Assembly: GCA_051294905.1 (NCBI GenBank)
Contig: CM119372.1
Location: 11,534,001-11,598,000, forward strand
Reading direction: 5' to 3'
DNA: 64,000 nt
From: Botryllus schlosseri
Lineage: Eukaryota
Shown one piece after another: positions 63,020 to 64,000 of this stretch. Each line of letters begins with the position of its first letter. Position 1 is the first letter of the stretch. The notes beneath the pieces are model-generated. The model ran no database searches. It was not told the origin of the DNA and worked only from the letters and a program-made list of their open reading frames with translations. The translations under genes were made by a program, and so were the position numbers.

Positions 63020-64000
63020 TGACATGAGGGTTCTTCATAGTTAATTAGCCATTTATGCGCAGTAAAAAATTAGAAAAAAACTACGATTTTCTTCCCACCA
63101 AGTGGAATATTTAAGGGTAAATACAGTAATTTTGGGCTTTTTAGGGGTATAAATATCTTCTGACAGAGAGCCAATCTGACAAAACTAATGTGATATTCGT
63201 AATCAGCAACCTCAAAAACCCCAGAAACGGCTCTCAGATGTTCTGCCGTAAATGCTACGAAAAACATCCTTCAAAGCTCTCAAATTACTTTATTGGATTT
63301 GAGGATTTATAATCTTGAACTAATCCCTTCAAATAATCAGGATCCTTGGTATTTCCAAGAAATTTAGATGCAACTTCAATGAAAGAGATTCATGTATTTT
63401 TTCCAAATTCGCCTTCTTAAAATGAATAAATAGGTCTTTTTTTGTGAGTGTTCTGATTTGAGGTCCAACAAATACACCCTTTATTGTATTAACTCAAATG
63501 ACGAAACCTTTCGTGCACTCCTTTTGATCAGAGCATTCAAAAAAATTTTCATGAGACCCAGTTTAATATATAATGGCCCAAATACAACATTAGATCTGTC
63601 GATAACAGCAGGCCCTGAAACATTTAGTTCAGCTTGATTCAACGTTATACAGCTGCTGATCACCATCACGCTCATGCTGCGAACATTCTTTAGAGTAGAC
63701 AAACACTCTTCACCGAGAGAATTTTGTTCAACTGTTGACAAAACTTTTGAAGGCAATGGACTTGTGACATCTGGCCCATGAGGAATCGGCCGCATTGCAC
63801 AAGTCAAATTGGATATTGAATTTTATCGTGACTTTTGACATTGAATCCCAGCAAAAATACACGCGAGAAAAAGCCTAACAATCTTTTCCATGTCCATGTG
63901 GCTCTCTCCAAACCATTGGCACACCAAATGCTAAAGATTTTTTTTCAAATGCTTCATAGCCTCAATGTCGCTTTATTTTTCATTCAGTGTGCTGTGTGCA
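63020..64000 (-). pseudogene. Decayed Chapaev-like transposase, copy 2 (runs off the window)
   Basis: CAMRPIPHGP, GPLYIKLGLMKIFLNAL, GVFVGPQIRTL, SKFLGNTKDPDY. Confidence 0.75.

Overview
AT-rich animal genomic DNA from an invertebrate (many 56-105 bp introns; a tunicate is plausible but cannot be established from the sequence). Two spliced genes face each other tail-to-tail. On + is a 14-exon IAP gene (BIR-BIR-BIR-UBA-RING, CDS 18641-25100, about 770 aa). On - is a STAC-like C1+SH3+SH3 adaptor gene (about 30817-49770), largely invisible in the ORF track; its last exon was not found. Most of the rest is nested transposons: hAT MITEs with 8-bp TSDs, Harbinger-, Kolobok-, pogo- and MULE-type MITEs, Chapaev-like transposase remnants, LINE 3' ends, a tRNA-derived SINE and a possible LTR-element relic. 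Three things stand out. (1) A 4.9-kb P-superfamily foldback element built from two inverted 3' ends of an intron-containing P transposon, with a 7-bp TSD. (2) A 37-bp palindrome of the same element's tips, resembling a P-type excision footprint, 78 bp after the IAP stop. (3) Five copies of a minimal hammerhead-ribozyme motif with covarying stems, probably Penelope-like: one is an 84-bp TSD-flanked insertion in the IAP intron before the RING exon, and two form a 331-bp palindrome. All gene models and alignments were made by eye.
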